Origin: Dendrobates tinctorius
Lineage: Eukaryota
NCBI RefSeq assembly: GCF_039654945.1
Contig: NW_027361677.1
Span: 21,638,001-21,702,000 of the forward strand
Direction: 5' to 3'
Length of the DNA stretch: 64,000 nucleotides
Shown here in pieces: positions 51,901 through 61,354 of this stretch. Both the position numbers and the translations under genes were made by a program. Every line of letters starts with the position of its first letter. The stretch's first letter is position 1. The notes under the pieces were generated by a model. It had not been told where the DNA came from. It saw only the letters and a list, made by a program, of their open reading frames with translations, and did no database searches.

Positions 51901-53926
51901 CACTACCTAGTATATTGTATCGTTGTGTTATTGTGCCATGTATCGCTTTGTCTTTCTCAGGTTGGTGCACTCGGGACTCGGGCAGAACTCGCCTTCTCTC
52001 GGGCCACATCTAACATTCGCCACTCGTACAGGGTATCCTCAGGGAATCGATATGCGCGTTTTCCGCGTGGAGAATCAACGGGATCTTTCCGCCTGGACGA
52101 GAGCGCTGGTGCAGGGGTGTCACACGTCGGCTGAACTCACGAGAGAGGTCACAGTTAGTAAGTGTTTTTTTTCGGTTGTACATAACTGTGCTTGCTGTCA
52201 ATAAATGAGAAAATTCATGTTTACGTGCACATGGTGATTAGGGTCTGAGTTTTCCAGGGTGTTTAATTTATAGAGAATCATCTACAATAGGTGCAATTGT
52301 AGCAAACTCTCAGCTGTGAGAAGTATCATCTAATGGGGAGTGTCTTTTCTGTTTCTTGTATATATTCTAGTAGACCCCTTAAATTTAGGCCAGCCTGAAT
52401 TATAAATGCTCACTGCTAATACATATACCAGTGCACATACTTCTTGACGATCTTTGGGCAAGATTCCTTAGTCCTGCTAAGGATTCAGGAATACTGTCGG
52501 AGTTCCCAGCATTCTGTCATCACCCCATATATAACATTGGGAGGATTTGGCTATGAAACCATTTACATGAGAGAAATTGTGGGTCCCCTTGAAGACACAT
52601 GGTGCGTGGTATTGGCCTTCATATCCTTTTAGCCTCTTGAATTATAGAAAATTTAATTTACAGATGGATAAAACAATCTCCAGTATTCCATGTATTCCTC
52701 ATGTCCTAATGTATCACCATAACACATTGCTATTCTACCTATCACCAGGCTGCTCTTTACGCGGGGAATCAGTCTCTCTCTCCATCCATTATGACACCGG
52801 ATTCACATTGTGCCGGGGAGGCCCTTCTGGTCCCGTCATGTACAGATACCCGTTCGAGAAGCTTCGTATGTCAGCTGATGATGGGACCAAAAATCTTTAT
52901 CTGGACTTTGGTGGACCAGAAGGAGAACTGGTAAGAGATGAGTGTATTAATATAATTAATATTTAGTGTATAACATACTGATGGAGCATCTGTACCTGAC
53001 ACCCATAGACAAATGCATATGTAGCCGTGCTGCTTATGGCGCCTCTGGTCCACAGGCTCTGCCCCCTGATTGCACTGGCTGCTGACCCCCAGACGCTACT
53101 CCTGATTGTGCTGGCTGCCAGTCTCTACCCCCTGATTGCACTGGCTGCTGACCCCCAGGCTCTGCCCCTTGACTGTGCTGGCTGCCAGGCTCTGCCCCCT
53201 GATTGCGCTGGCTGCTGACCCCCAGGCTCTGCCTCCTGATTGTGCTGGCTGCTGGCCGCCAGGCTCTACCCCCTGATTTCACTGGTTTCTGGCCCCCAGG
53301 CTCTACCCCCTAATTGCACTGGCTGCTGTCCCGATTGTGCTGGCTGCTGGCCGCCAGGCTCTACCCCCTGATTTTGCTGGTTGCTGGCCCCCAGGCACTG
53401 CCCCCTGATTGCGCTAGCTGCTGGCCCCCAGGCTCTGCCCCCTGTGATGGCCGCTGGTGCCTAGTCTCTGCCCCCCTGATCATTTGGGCAGTTTCGCCCA
53501 GGCTGTGCACACTGATCGTGCCAGCCACTGGACCCCAGAATCTGGACACTGATTGTGCTGGCTGCTGACCCCCAGGCTCTGCCCCCTGTGATGGCCGCTG
53601 GTGCCTAGTCTATGCCCCCCTGATCATTTGGGCAGTTTCGCCCAGGCTGTGCACACTGATCGTGCCAGCCACTGGACCCCAGAATCTGGACACTGATTGT
53701 GCTGGCTGCTGGTTCCCAGGCTCTGCCCCCTGATCGTGACCACTGATACGCCTTCCTCTAGCTATATTGAACTTCAATCATATAGTAGTTATATCACTTC
53801 TGTAGTAATAATTTTTTTTCCCCAACTTTTTAGGCTCTGGATTTGCACACGTGTCCGAAACCAGTTGTTTTCCTGTTACACACATTCCTTTCTGCTAAGG
53901 TCACCCGGATGGGTCTGCTGGTGTGA
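36970..53926 (+). CDS. sntb2: Beta-2-syntrophin; coding exons 36970-37501, 48769-48970, 49085-49280, 50520-50662, 51961-52157, 52749-52930, 53834-53926 (514 aa)
   Basis: Starts [17 protein letters not shown]. Split PH domain plus PDZ ([19 protein letters not shown]...DAILSVNG) and C-terminal SU domain ([13 protein letters not shown]...[29 protein letters not shown]). Seven exons sum to 1545 nt in frame. Syntenic after UTP4. Confidence 0.96.
37505..40540. repeat. ~3-kb composite G-rich minisatellite of 13-14-bp modules (CTGTCT[A/G]CC[A/G]GGG and AATAGCTACC[A/G]GGG) at the start of SNTB2 intron 1
   Basis: Directly visible; local higher-order periods of about 27 and 41 bp. Confidence 0.97.
41426..41968. 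repeat. 86-bp tandem repeat (~6 copies)
   Basis: Unit TGTGTACATACATTACATTACTGATCCTGAGTTACATCCTGTATTATACTCCAGAGCTGCACTCACTATTCTGCTGGTGCAGTCAC; ORF starts recur every 86 bp. Confidence 0.95.
42200..43130. mobile_element. Degenerate foldback (long inverted repeat) element
   Basis: ATAACCAGCAAAGGTAAAGTAGACAGCT (~42251) versus AGCTGTCTGCTTTACCTGTACTGGTTAT (~43040-43067), plus inner matches such as ACCCCCATTACTAACC / GGTTAGTAATGGGGGT. Confidence 0.7.
47003..47675. mobile_element. hAT-type MITE with (CCGACT)n subterminal arrays
   Basis: TIR CAGGGCTGTGGAGT / ACTCCACAGCCCTG with a perfect 8-bp TSD TGTGAAAC (46995-47002, 47676-47683). Confidence 0.92.
47712..47962. repeat. 112-bp tandem duplication (~2.2 copies) containing GCTGGGACTTGTAGT
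   Basis: Period visible at 47712, 47824 and 47936. Confidence 0.85.
49690..50040. repeat. Degenerate ~30-bp minisatellite (TATACAGTGTGAGCCCCACATAGCCTCC)
   Basis: Directly visible in SNTB2 intron 3. Confidence 0.85.
51233..51817. mobile_element. Near-perfect ~580-bp palindromic (foldback) MITE in SNTB2 intron 4
   Basis: The two halves are reverse complements; each arm carries an internal hairpin GGCTTATCTACAGCATT..AATGCTGTAGATAAGCC. Right end CCCTTTAA. Confidence 0.9.
53050..53740. repeat. Degenerate ~38-bp minisatellite (CCCCAGGCTCTGCCCCCTGATTGTGCTGGCTGCTG) in SNTB2 intron 6
   Basis: Directly visible, with a larger internal duplication. Confidence 0.9.
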
Positions 53927-54606
53927 CCCTAGAGTGCCCTCTGCAATCTCTGCCTTTCAGCGACAATCACAACACGTAATGAAGGACCACGCAGAGCTAT
54001 CGCTCATACCAAATGTATTATGACCTGGGAGCCATACTGTCTTACGAGAGCGCTGATCCACAGGACCCCCTCCTCCCAAAGATGTGAGCGCACTAGCTAC
54101 AACCAGAATTTACCGTTATACTGAGACTTTTGCTGTTCGTTTTGTCTGGCGAGGTCCGCCTTACCCTAGAACTACGGTGTTCGTCCCCTTTTTTCACTAC
54201 AATGACTGAAGTTTTCCTCTGGGAATATGAAGCCATATTGTTTTTATGACCAAAGTGCCTTTTATGTTATTGCTGCCTTAAATTTTTATTACGCACAAAT
54301 CATATTTATAGAGGATATAGATATATATATACATACGTATAGATCTACACACATTCCTGCACCACTACATAACACATATACAATATCTAGACGCAGGTTC
54401 CCCGCGAGCAGCCATGAGACACCATTTTAGGATTCTTTGGCCGCCTCCGGGTCTCTGTTTAGACCAAAGATTATACTGAGCAGGAATATCTGTTATGTAT
54501 TGTGCAAAAGATGACTTGCTTCAACAAAAAATATACAAAATATACATCATTTTAAAGGATTTATTTTGTCTCTCATTTTTCCATAACTCTTCAACAATTA
54601 CGCATA

Positions 54607-54766
54607 CAGTGGGTACCGAAAGTATTCAGACCCCTCTAAGTTTTTCACTCTTTCATTGCAGCTATTTGGTAAATTCAAAAAAGTTCATTTTTTTTCTCAT
54701 TAGTGTACACTCTGCACCCCATCTTGACTGGAAAAAAAAACAAATATAGAAATTTTTGCAAATTTA
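54607..54766 (+). mobile_element. Left end of a Tc1-like element, interrupted
   Basis: TA followed by CAGTGGGTACCGAAAGTATTCAGACCCC, a Tc1-type TIR start; partner end not in the window. Confidence 0.7.
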
Positions 54767-54770
54767 TTAA

Positions 54771-55008
54771 CCCCTTAAGCCCCAAGGGTGGTTTGCACGT
54801 TAATGACCAGGCCAATTTTTTCAATTCTGACCACTGTCCCTTTATAAGGTAATAACTCTGAAACGCTTCCATGGATCCCGGTGATTCTGGCATTGTTTTC
54901 TCGTGACATATTGTACTTCATGTTAGTGGTAAAATTTCATTCAAATAACTTGCGTTTATTTGTGAAAAAAATGGAAATTTGGCGAAAATTTAGAAAAAAA
55001 AAAAAAAA
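54771..55008 (+). mobile_element. Left end of a TTAA-inserting (piggyBac-like) element, interrupted by the PLE
   Basis: TTAA followed by CCCCTTAAG...; truncated at an A-run (54994-55008); partner end not in the window. Confidence 0.55.
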
Positions 55009-55441
55009 TCAAATCTAAAAGTGAATAATTTGCGCTAGCAGGATACCATTCAGAGGTTTCAAAGAAATATCTACAGTAAAGCTGGTTCACAAAGTATATG
55101 TGCCGATACCTTTGTTCAGATGAATGAGGAACTGGTCGAAGGATGCTTCCTCAAGCAGGGTCCCGGTGCCAAGATGACGCTGAAAGCAGTAGTGATGCTG
55201 ATGAAAATGAGCTTGAAAGCGTTAGAGTTCCGTTGGTGAATGCAGGTATTGGACGCTGCTCCGGCCGGTAGCAAGCGTCCTTCTAATGGCGTGACCGCCG
55301 CCGACACCCGGCGAGTATAACGGCACGAGTAAAATCAAAAAGCCGGCAAGGTAGCAAAAACGTGCAGGACCTTGCGTGACGTCACGGTCACGTGGAACAC
55401 CACGTGACTGGCTAGTGAGCACGAAAACGACCAAAAAGCTG

Positions 55442-55481
55442 TCTTACGCGTTTCGGAATCACCGGATTCCTTCTTCAGAGA
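55442..55481 (-). ncRNA. Minimal type-I hammerhead ribozyme (inverted copy)
   Basis: Exact reverse complement of 63719-63758. Confidence 0.92.
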
Positions 55482-55536
55482 TGGTCCATGGTGCTCAATT
55501 ACGTTCATATATACCCGCGGTCTCCAAACTCCATGT

Positions 55537-57963
55537 TTATTGATTAAAGGCAAACAATTCAATCTCGCTGTTTAGCCCATTAGGAACAAGTGTATTCATT
55601 TCAAAAATCAGTCTACTTTCTTCTCTGGACATTTGTTGAATAAAGTTCCCCTTCCGCCAGCTTTTTTTAACCACTTTAATACCCGTAACTTTAACATTTT
55701 TAATAGAGCCTCCATGCTGATTAGCAAAATGGTGTGATAGAGGGTGACCCATAAATCTTTTTCTAATATTGCGCAAATGCTCTGCTAACCGGACATGCAA
55801 TGGGCGTTTTGTGCGTCCTATGTATAGTTTCCCACAGGGGCATGTAATACCATATATAACCCCTGTGGTGTCGCAGGTAATAAAATCTTTAATTTTTACC
55901 TCCGCAAATTTGTTAGTAATCCCTCCCTGTTTTTTAGAGGTCAGTTTTTTACAGGGGCCACACTTTCCACACGGAAAAAAACCCCCTGGTAATTTGTCCG
56001 GATTTGAATTGATACTACTTAGTGGTTTAGAAATAGAGGGGGCTATAAGATTTCCCAAATTTTGTGCCTTCTTAAAAATAAACCTCGGGTATGTCGGTAA
56101 AGATTCCCCTATAACCTTATCATTTCTCAGGATATTCCAATGTCTCCTGACAATTTTTTTAAAAATAATACTATTAGAGTTATATTGTGAAATTATGGGG
56201 ATGTCTTCCATAAGAGCATTGGCATTTTTTCTCATACGTTGTTCCAATAATTGATCCCTTGGAATTTTTTCCACTAGTTTTTTTGTTTTCACTAAAGATG
56301 TTGGATCATAGCCCTTACTGGAAAACTTTTTCATCATTGCTTCTGCCTCTCTATCAAAATCCTCCCTTTTCGAACAGTTGCGATGAGCTCTAATTAATTG
56401 GCTTTTTGGAACATTCAATAGCCAGCTAGGTAAATGGCAACTGTCGAGTGAAATAAAATTATTAGAGTCTGTAGGCTTATGGTATAGTCGTGAGCCAATG
56501 GCATTGTTTTCTACAAAAATTTCTAAATCTAAAAAGTTAACTTCTTTGGAACTCGTGGTCATAGAAAATTTTAAAAAGTAGGAATTTTTATTTAGTGAAT
56601 TAAAAAATTGTTCCAATAACAAAGGACCACCAGACCATATAAAAACAATATCATCTATAAATCGATGCCATAGCACGAGGTTCGCTAGTAATCTGCCGTC
56701 GGGATATATGGTTTCCTGTTCCCATTTTCCAACGTACAGATTTGCATAACTAGGTGCGAACCTCGTGCCCATAGCTGTACCCCACTGCTGGGAGTAGTAG
56801 TCCATCCCATATCGAAAAAAATTGTGAGTTAAAATAAAATTTATACACTCAAGAAGATATTCAATTTGGTCAAGCGGCAGTGAACCATCCTTCCTCAGGA
56901 AATGTTCCACTGCTTCGCATCCCTTTTTATGCTGAATAACTGTATACAAGGAAGTAATGTCCAGTGTGCCCAAGATATAATGATCACACCATTGTATCTT
57001 CTTTAAAATACCTAAAATATGGGTGCTGTCCCTAAGATACGCCGGGAGATCCGGTATCAATCTTTGTAAATGACAATCAACAAATTTGGATAGATTTGAT
57101 GTTAAACCCCCAATAGCAGAGATAATCGGTCTCCCGGGTGGTTGGCTCATGTTTTTATGCACCTTAGGTAAATAATAAAAGTACGGCACTCTAGGGTGAG
57201 GTGTATTAATAAAATCAATTTCTTTTTTATTTAAAATACCCTTTTCAAAGCCCTTGTTTAGCAATTCCCGCATCTCTACCAAATAATCATTAGAAGGATC
57301 ATGGGTTAGTAATTTATAAGTTTGTCTGTCGTCCAAAATCCGCAGTGCTTCTTTCTCATGATCCAACGTGTTTAGTATTACTATACCGCCCCCTTTATCT
57401 GCTGGTCTGATAGTAATCTCCCTATTCTCCTTAAGTTGCTTAATGGCTATTCTTTCATTATGTGATAAATTGTGTTTAAATTTGTTACATCGCTTGTCAG
57501 AAATTTTTCTAATTTCGAGTATAACATTATTTTGAAAAGCTTCAAATGCCTCCGAATACTCCTGTATAGGATTAAAGTTAGATTTTTTCTTTAGACCAGT
57601 GTGTATATATAGATCAGGAGTATTCATGGGGTCATCAGTATTGCTACTAATTTTCTTTTTCATATAGTGTTTCTTCAGGGCTAGTTTCCTCATGAACAAT
57701 TTTACACCCACAAAAGCCTGAAATTTATCAAATTTAACACTGGGAGCGTACTTAAGACCTTTATTTAATAAACGGGTTTCATTGTCTTGTAGGGGATATT
57801 GACTTAGATTGAATATTTTTTGTGGTTCAGGGGCTGATATTTGATCTATCTTTGATGGGGATTGTTGTATGTTCTTTTTTTTGGTAGATTCCCCGCCCCT
57901 ACACCCCCTTTTTCGTTTCTTTTTTGGCCTAACTGAAAAAAAGAAAGATGACTCTGCTTTGTT
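55537..57963 (-). CDS. PLE ORF2: reverse transcriptase + GIY-YIG endonuclease (inverted copy; frame open from 57963, no early ATG)
   Basis: IFNLS..LLNKGL, ADKGG, YLPKVHK, GRPIIS, LDITSLYT, GTAMG, RFIDD, FLDL, CGKCGPC, VIYGITCPCGKLYIGRTKR. Confidence 0.93.
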   Translation of the reverse strand, partial: NKAESSFFFSVRPKKKRKRGCRGGESTKKKNIQQSPSKIDQISAPEPQKIFNLSQYPLQDNETRLLNKGLKYAPSVKFDKFQAFVGVKLFMRKLALKKHYMKKKISSNTDDPMNTPDLYIHTGLKKKSNFNPIQEYSEAFEAFQNNVILEIRKISDKRCNKFKHNLSHNERIAIKQLKENREITIRPADKGGGIVILNTLDHEKEALRILDDRQTYKLLTHDPSNDYLVEMRELLNKGFEKGILNKKEIDFINTPHPRVPYFYYLPKVHKNMSQPPGRPIISAIGGLTSNLSKFVDCHLQRLIPDLPAYLRDSTHILGILKKIQWCDHYILGTLDITSLYTVIQHKKGCEAVEHFLRKDGSLPLDQIEYLLECINFILTHNFFRYGMDYYSQQWGTAMGTRFAPSYANLYVGKWEQETIYPDGRLLANLVLWHRFIDDIVFIWSGGPLLLEQFFNSLNKNSYFLKFSMTTSSKEVNFLDLEIFVENNAIGSRLYHKPTDSNNFISLDSCHLPSWLLNVPKSQLIRAHRNCSKREDFDREAEAMMKKFSSKGYDPTSLVKTKKLVEKIPRDQLLEQRMRKNANALMEDIPIISQYNSNSIIFKKIVRRHWNILRNDKVIGESLPTYPRFIFKKAQNLGNLIAPSISKPLSSINSNPDKLPGGFFPCGKCGPCKKLTSKKQGGITNKFAEVKIKDFITCDTTGVIYGITCPCGKLYIGRTKRPLHVRLAEHLRNIRKRFMGHPLSHHFANQHGGSIKNVKVTGIKVVKKSWRKGNFIQQMSREESRLIFEMNTLVPNGLNSEIELFAFNQ

Positions 57964-58922
57964 TTAGGTTGTGATTTTCTCTGTTGTGGTTCCCTCGGAC
58001 CAACCTTCTCTTTTCTACTATCTACTGTAGGCTTGTCTTTATATTTATCGCTCCCAATAGAAGGAATATTTTCTATGTTTTCTATAACCGTAAATCGGTT
58101 ATGAGTACTAATGGAGGGTAATGGTGTGGAAATGGCTGGTAGTTCTGCACCCTGTACCTCAGTAATGACCCCACTATTAGCTCTTTCCATGTGTGTAAGA
58201 TTTTCCATATCAGAGGTCAGATGAATAGAAAATCTTTCACTTGATGTAGGGAGAGAAGTCTCCTCTCCATGTATCTCATCTAGAGTCAACAATGGACCTG
58301 AAGATTTAGGAGAGTGTTGTTCTTCATATTGATGTGCAACTTCGCCTCTGGTTATTTGGCTATCCCCATGGTTAGATGTTATAGATATTAAATTTTTATT
58401 AGTAGTAAAAACCGAGTCCCTCCCAAACTTTCTACGTTTTTTCTCTACTATTTCCTTTTCTTTATTACGTATCCTCTTTTTAATGTTACCAGAAAGGTAT
58501 ATAATTTCAGGGTGGAGCTCGTAAGGTTTGATCTCTTCAAATAAATTCATAATTTCTCTGCGTATCCTCAATAGTTCACTCCTCCTCTTCTCAATAATGA
58601 AGGATACAGTTCTTTTAGAAAATTCCTTAAACATGACATCCCATTCAGCTAATGTTTCTGGGTCCCCAATATCACCCATCAGGGGTTTGTACACCATTAA
58701 CCCCTTTGGTATACAATCAGAGGCTAAATATCTTTCCAGTGTGGATATCTCCCACAAGTCTCTCATTTCTTTCAATAAGTATTGCTCCAACGTTTTGAGT
58801 GATTTAATCGTCTGAGATATTTCCACCTTATTGGGGTTAGCCACAGATGCATGCTGTTCGAAATTGAAAAATCTCTGGATATTATATATCCTTTCTTTCC
58901 TATCAGACCATAAAGTGGCCAT
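57846..58922 (-). CDS. PLE ORF1 / N-terminal region (358 aa from ATG; inverted copy)
   Basis: Intact ORF identical to the forward copy; LERYLASDCIPKGL motif, helical/basic region, acidic low-complexity tail. Confidence 0.8.
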   Translation of the reverse strand: MATLWSDRKERIYNIQRFFNFEQHASVANPNKVEISQTIKSLKTLEQYLLKEMRDLWEISTLERYLASDCIPKGLMVYKPLMGDIGDPETLAEWDVMFKEFSKRTVSFIIEKRRSELLRIRREIMNLFEEIKPYELHPEIIYLSGNIKKRIRNKEKEIVEKKRRKFGRDSVFTTNKNLISITSNHGDSQITRGEVAHQYEEQHSPKSSGPLLTLDEIHGEETSLPTSSERFSIHLTSDMENLTHMERANSGVITEVQGAELPAISTPLPSISTHNRFTVIENIENIPSIGSDKYKDKPTVDSRKEKVGPREPQQRKSQPKTKQSHLSFFQLGQKRNEKGGVGAGNLPKKRTYNNPHQR

Positions 58923-59601
58923 AGTATGCAGACAACCTACAAATTTAATATAAACAAATAGCTTAATTAATTTAGAATAAGGATGAACAACGCTGCCTCT
59001 GTGAGCGGTGGTGAAACCTTTTTTAAAACCATAAAAACATAAGCACAAAGGCGCAAGTTCCTATATGATACCGCCTGCAGCTGCAAATAAGGACAACAAC
59101 CACCCAATTTGTCCAACAATAAAAGCCCCTGTAAAAAACTGACCTCTAAAAAACAGGGAGGGATTACTAACAAATTTGCGGAGGTAAAAATTAAAGATTT
59201 TATTACCTGCGACACCACAGGGGTTATATATGGTATTACATGCCCCTGTGGGAAACTATACATAGGACGCACAAAACGCCCATTGCATGTCCGGTTAGCA
59301 GAGCATTTGCGCAATATTAGAAAAAGATTTATGGGTCACCCTCTATCACACCATTTTGCTAATCAGCATGGAGGCTCTATTAAAAATGTTAAAGTTACGG
59401 GTATTAAAGTGGTTAAAAAAAGCTGGCGGAAGGGGAACTTTATTCAACAAATGTCCAGAGAAGAAAGTAGACTGATTTTTGAAATGAATACACTTGTTCC
59501 TAATGGGCTAAACAGCGAGATTGAATTGTTTGCCTTTAATCAATAAACATGGAGTTTGGAGACCGCGGGTATATATGAACGTAATTGAGCACCATGGACC
59601 A

Positions 59602-59641
59602 TCTCTGAAGAAGGAATCCGGTGATTCCGAAACGCGTAAGA
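59602..59641 (+). ncRNA. Minimal type-I hammerhead ribozyme in the PLE pseudo-LTR
   Basis: TCT-CTGAAGA-A-GGAATC(cggt)GATTCC-GAAA-CGCG-TA/AGA: 3-bp stem I, 6-bp stem II, palindromic ACGCGT stem III; predicted cleavage after 59638. Confidence 0.92.
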
Positions 59642-60277
59642 CAGCTTTTTGGTCGTTTTCGTGCTCACTAGCCAGTCACGTGGTGTTCCACGTGACCGTG
59701 ACGTCACGCAAGGTCCTGCACGTTTTTGCTACCTTGCCGGCTTTTTGATTTTACTCGTGCCGTTATACTCGCCGGGTGTCGGCGGCGGTCACGCCATTAG
59801 AAGGACGCTTGCTACCGGCCGGAGCAGCGTCCAATACCTGCATTCACCAACGGAACTCTAACGCTTTCAAGCTCATTTTCATCAGCATCACTACTGCTTT
59901 CAGCGTCATCTTGGCACCGGGACCCTGCTTGAGGAAGCATCCTTCGACCAGTTCCTCATTCATCTGAACAAAGGTATCGGCACATATACTTTGTGAACCA
60001 GCTTTACTGTAGATATTTCTTTGAAACCTCTGAATGGTATCCTGCTAGCGCAAATTATTCACTTTTAGATTTGACTTTTATTGTTGGACAAATTGGGTGG
60101 TTGTTGTCCTTATTTGCAGCTGCAGGCGGTATCATATAGGAACTTGCGCCTTTGTGCTTATGTTTTTATGGTTTTAAAAAAGGTTTCACCACCGCTCACA
60201 GAGGCAGCGTTGTTCATCCTTATTCTAAATTAATTAAGCTATTTGTTTATATTAAATTTGTAGGTTGTCTGCATACT

Positions 60278-61354
60278 ATGGCCACTTTATGGTCTGATAG
60301 GAAAGAAAGGATATATAATATCCAGAGATTTTTCAATTTCGAACAGCATGCATCTGTGGCTAACCCCAATAAGGTGGAAATATCTCAGACGATTAAATCA
60401 CTCAAAACGTTGGAGCAATACTTATTGAAAGAAATGAGAGACTTGTGGGAGATATCCACACTGGAAAGATATTTAGCCTCTGATTGTATACCAAAGGGGT
60501 TAATGGTGTACAAACCCCTGATGGGTGATATTGGGGACCCAGAAACATTAGCTGAATGGGATGTCATGTTTAAGGAATTTTCTAAAAGAACTGTATCCTT
60601 CATTATTGAGAAGAGGAGGAGTGAACTATTGAGGATACGCAGAGAAATTATGAATTTATTTGAAGAGATCAAACCTTACGAGCTCCACCCTGAAATTATA
60701 TACCTTTCTGGTAACATTAAAAAGAGGATACGTAATAAAGAAAAGGAAATAGTAGAGAAAAAACGTAGAAAGTTTGGGAGGGACTCGGTTTTTACTACTA
60801 ATAAAAATTTAATATCTATAACATCTAACCATGGGGATAGCCAAATAACCAGAGGCGAAGTTGCACATCAATATGAAGAACAACACTCTCCTAAATCTTC
60901 AGGTCCATTGTTGACTCTAGATGAGATACATGGAGAGGAGACTTCTCTCCCTACATCAAGTGAAAGATTTTCTATTCATCTGACCTCTGATATGGAAAAT
61001 CTTACACACATGGAAAGAGCTAATAGTGGGGTCATTACTGAGGTACAGGGTGCAGAACTACCAGCCATTTCCACACCATTACCCTCCATTAGTACTCATA
61101 ACCGATTTACGGTTATAGAAAACATAGAAAATATTCCTTCTATTGGGAGCGATAAATATAAAGACAAGCCTACAGTAGATAGTAGAAAAGAGAAGGTTGG
61201 TCCGAGGGAACCACAACAGAGAAAATCACAACCTAAAACAAAGCAGAGTCATCTTTCTTTTTTTCAGTTAGGCCAAAAAAGAAACGAAAAAGGGGGTGTA
61301 GGGGCGGGGAATCTACCAAAAAAAAGAACATACAACAATCCCCATCAAAGATAG
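60278..61354 (+). CDS. PLE ORF1 / N-terminal region (358 aa from ATG)
   Basis: ATG in strong Kozak context (ACTATGG); intact ORF; overlaps the ORF2 frame by 118 nt. Confidence 0.8.
   Translation: MATLWSDRKERIYNIQRFFNFEQHASVANPNKVEISQTIKSLKTLEQYLLKEMRDLWEISTLERYLASDCIPKGLMVYKPLMGDIGDPETLAEWDVMFKEFSKRTVSFIIEKRRSELLRIRREIMNLFEEIKPYELHPEIIYLSGNIKKRIRNKEKEIVEKKRRKFGRDSVFTTNKNLISITSNHGDSQITRGEVAHQYEEQHSPKSSGPLLTLDEIHGEETSLPTSSERFSIHLTSDMENLTHMERANSGVITEVQGAELPAISTPLPSISTHNRFTVIENIENIPSIGSDKYKDKPTVDSRKEKVGPREPQQRKSQPKTKQSHLSFFQLGQKRNEKGGVGAGNLPKKRTYNNPHQR

Noticed and set aside
59109-59546. Stand-alone 145-aa GIY-YIG gene
   Set aside because: It is the pseudo-LTR copy of the ORF2 3' end with a chance TTG start from the inversion junction.
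61352-61354. Stop-codon readthrough or selenocysteine joining PLE ORF1 and ORF2
   Set aside because: The stop is TAG and ORF2 is in a different (-1) frame, so readthrough cannot join them.
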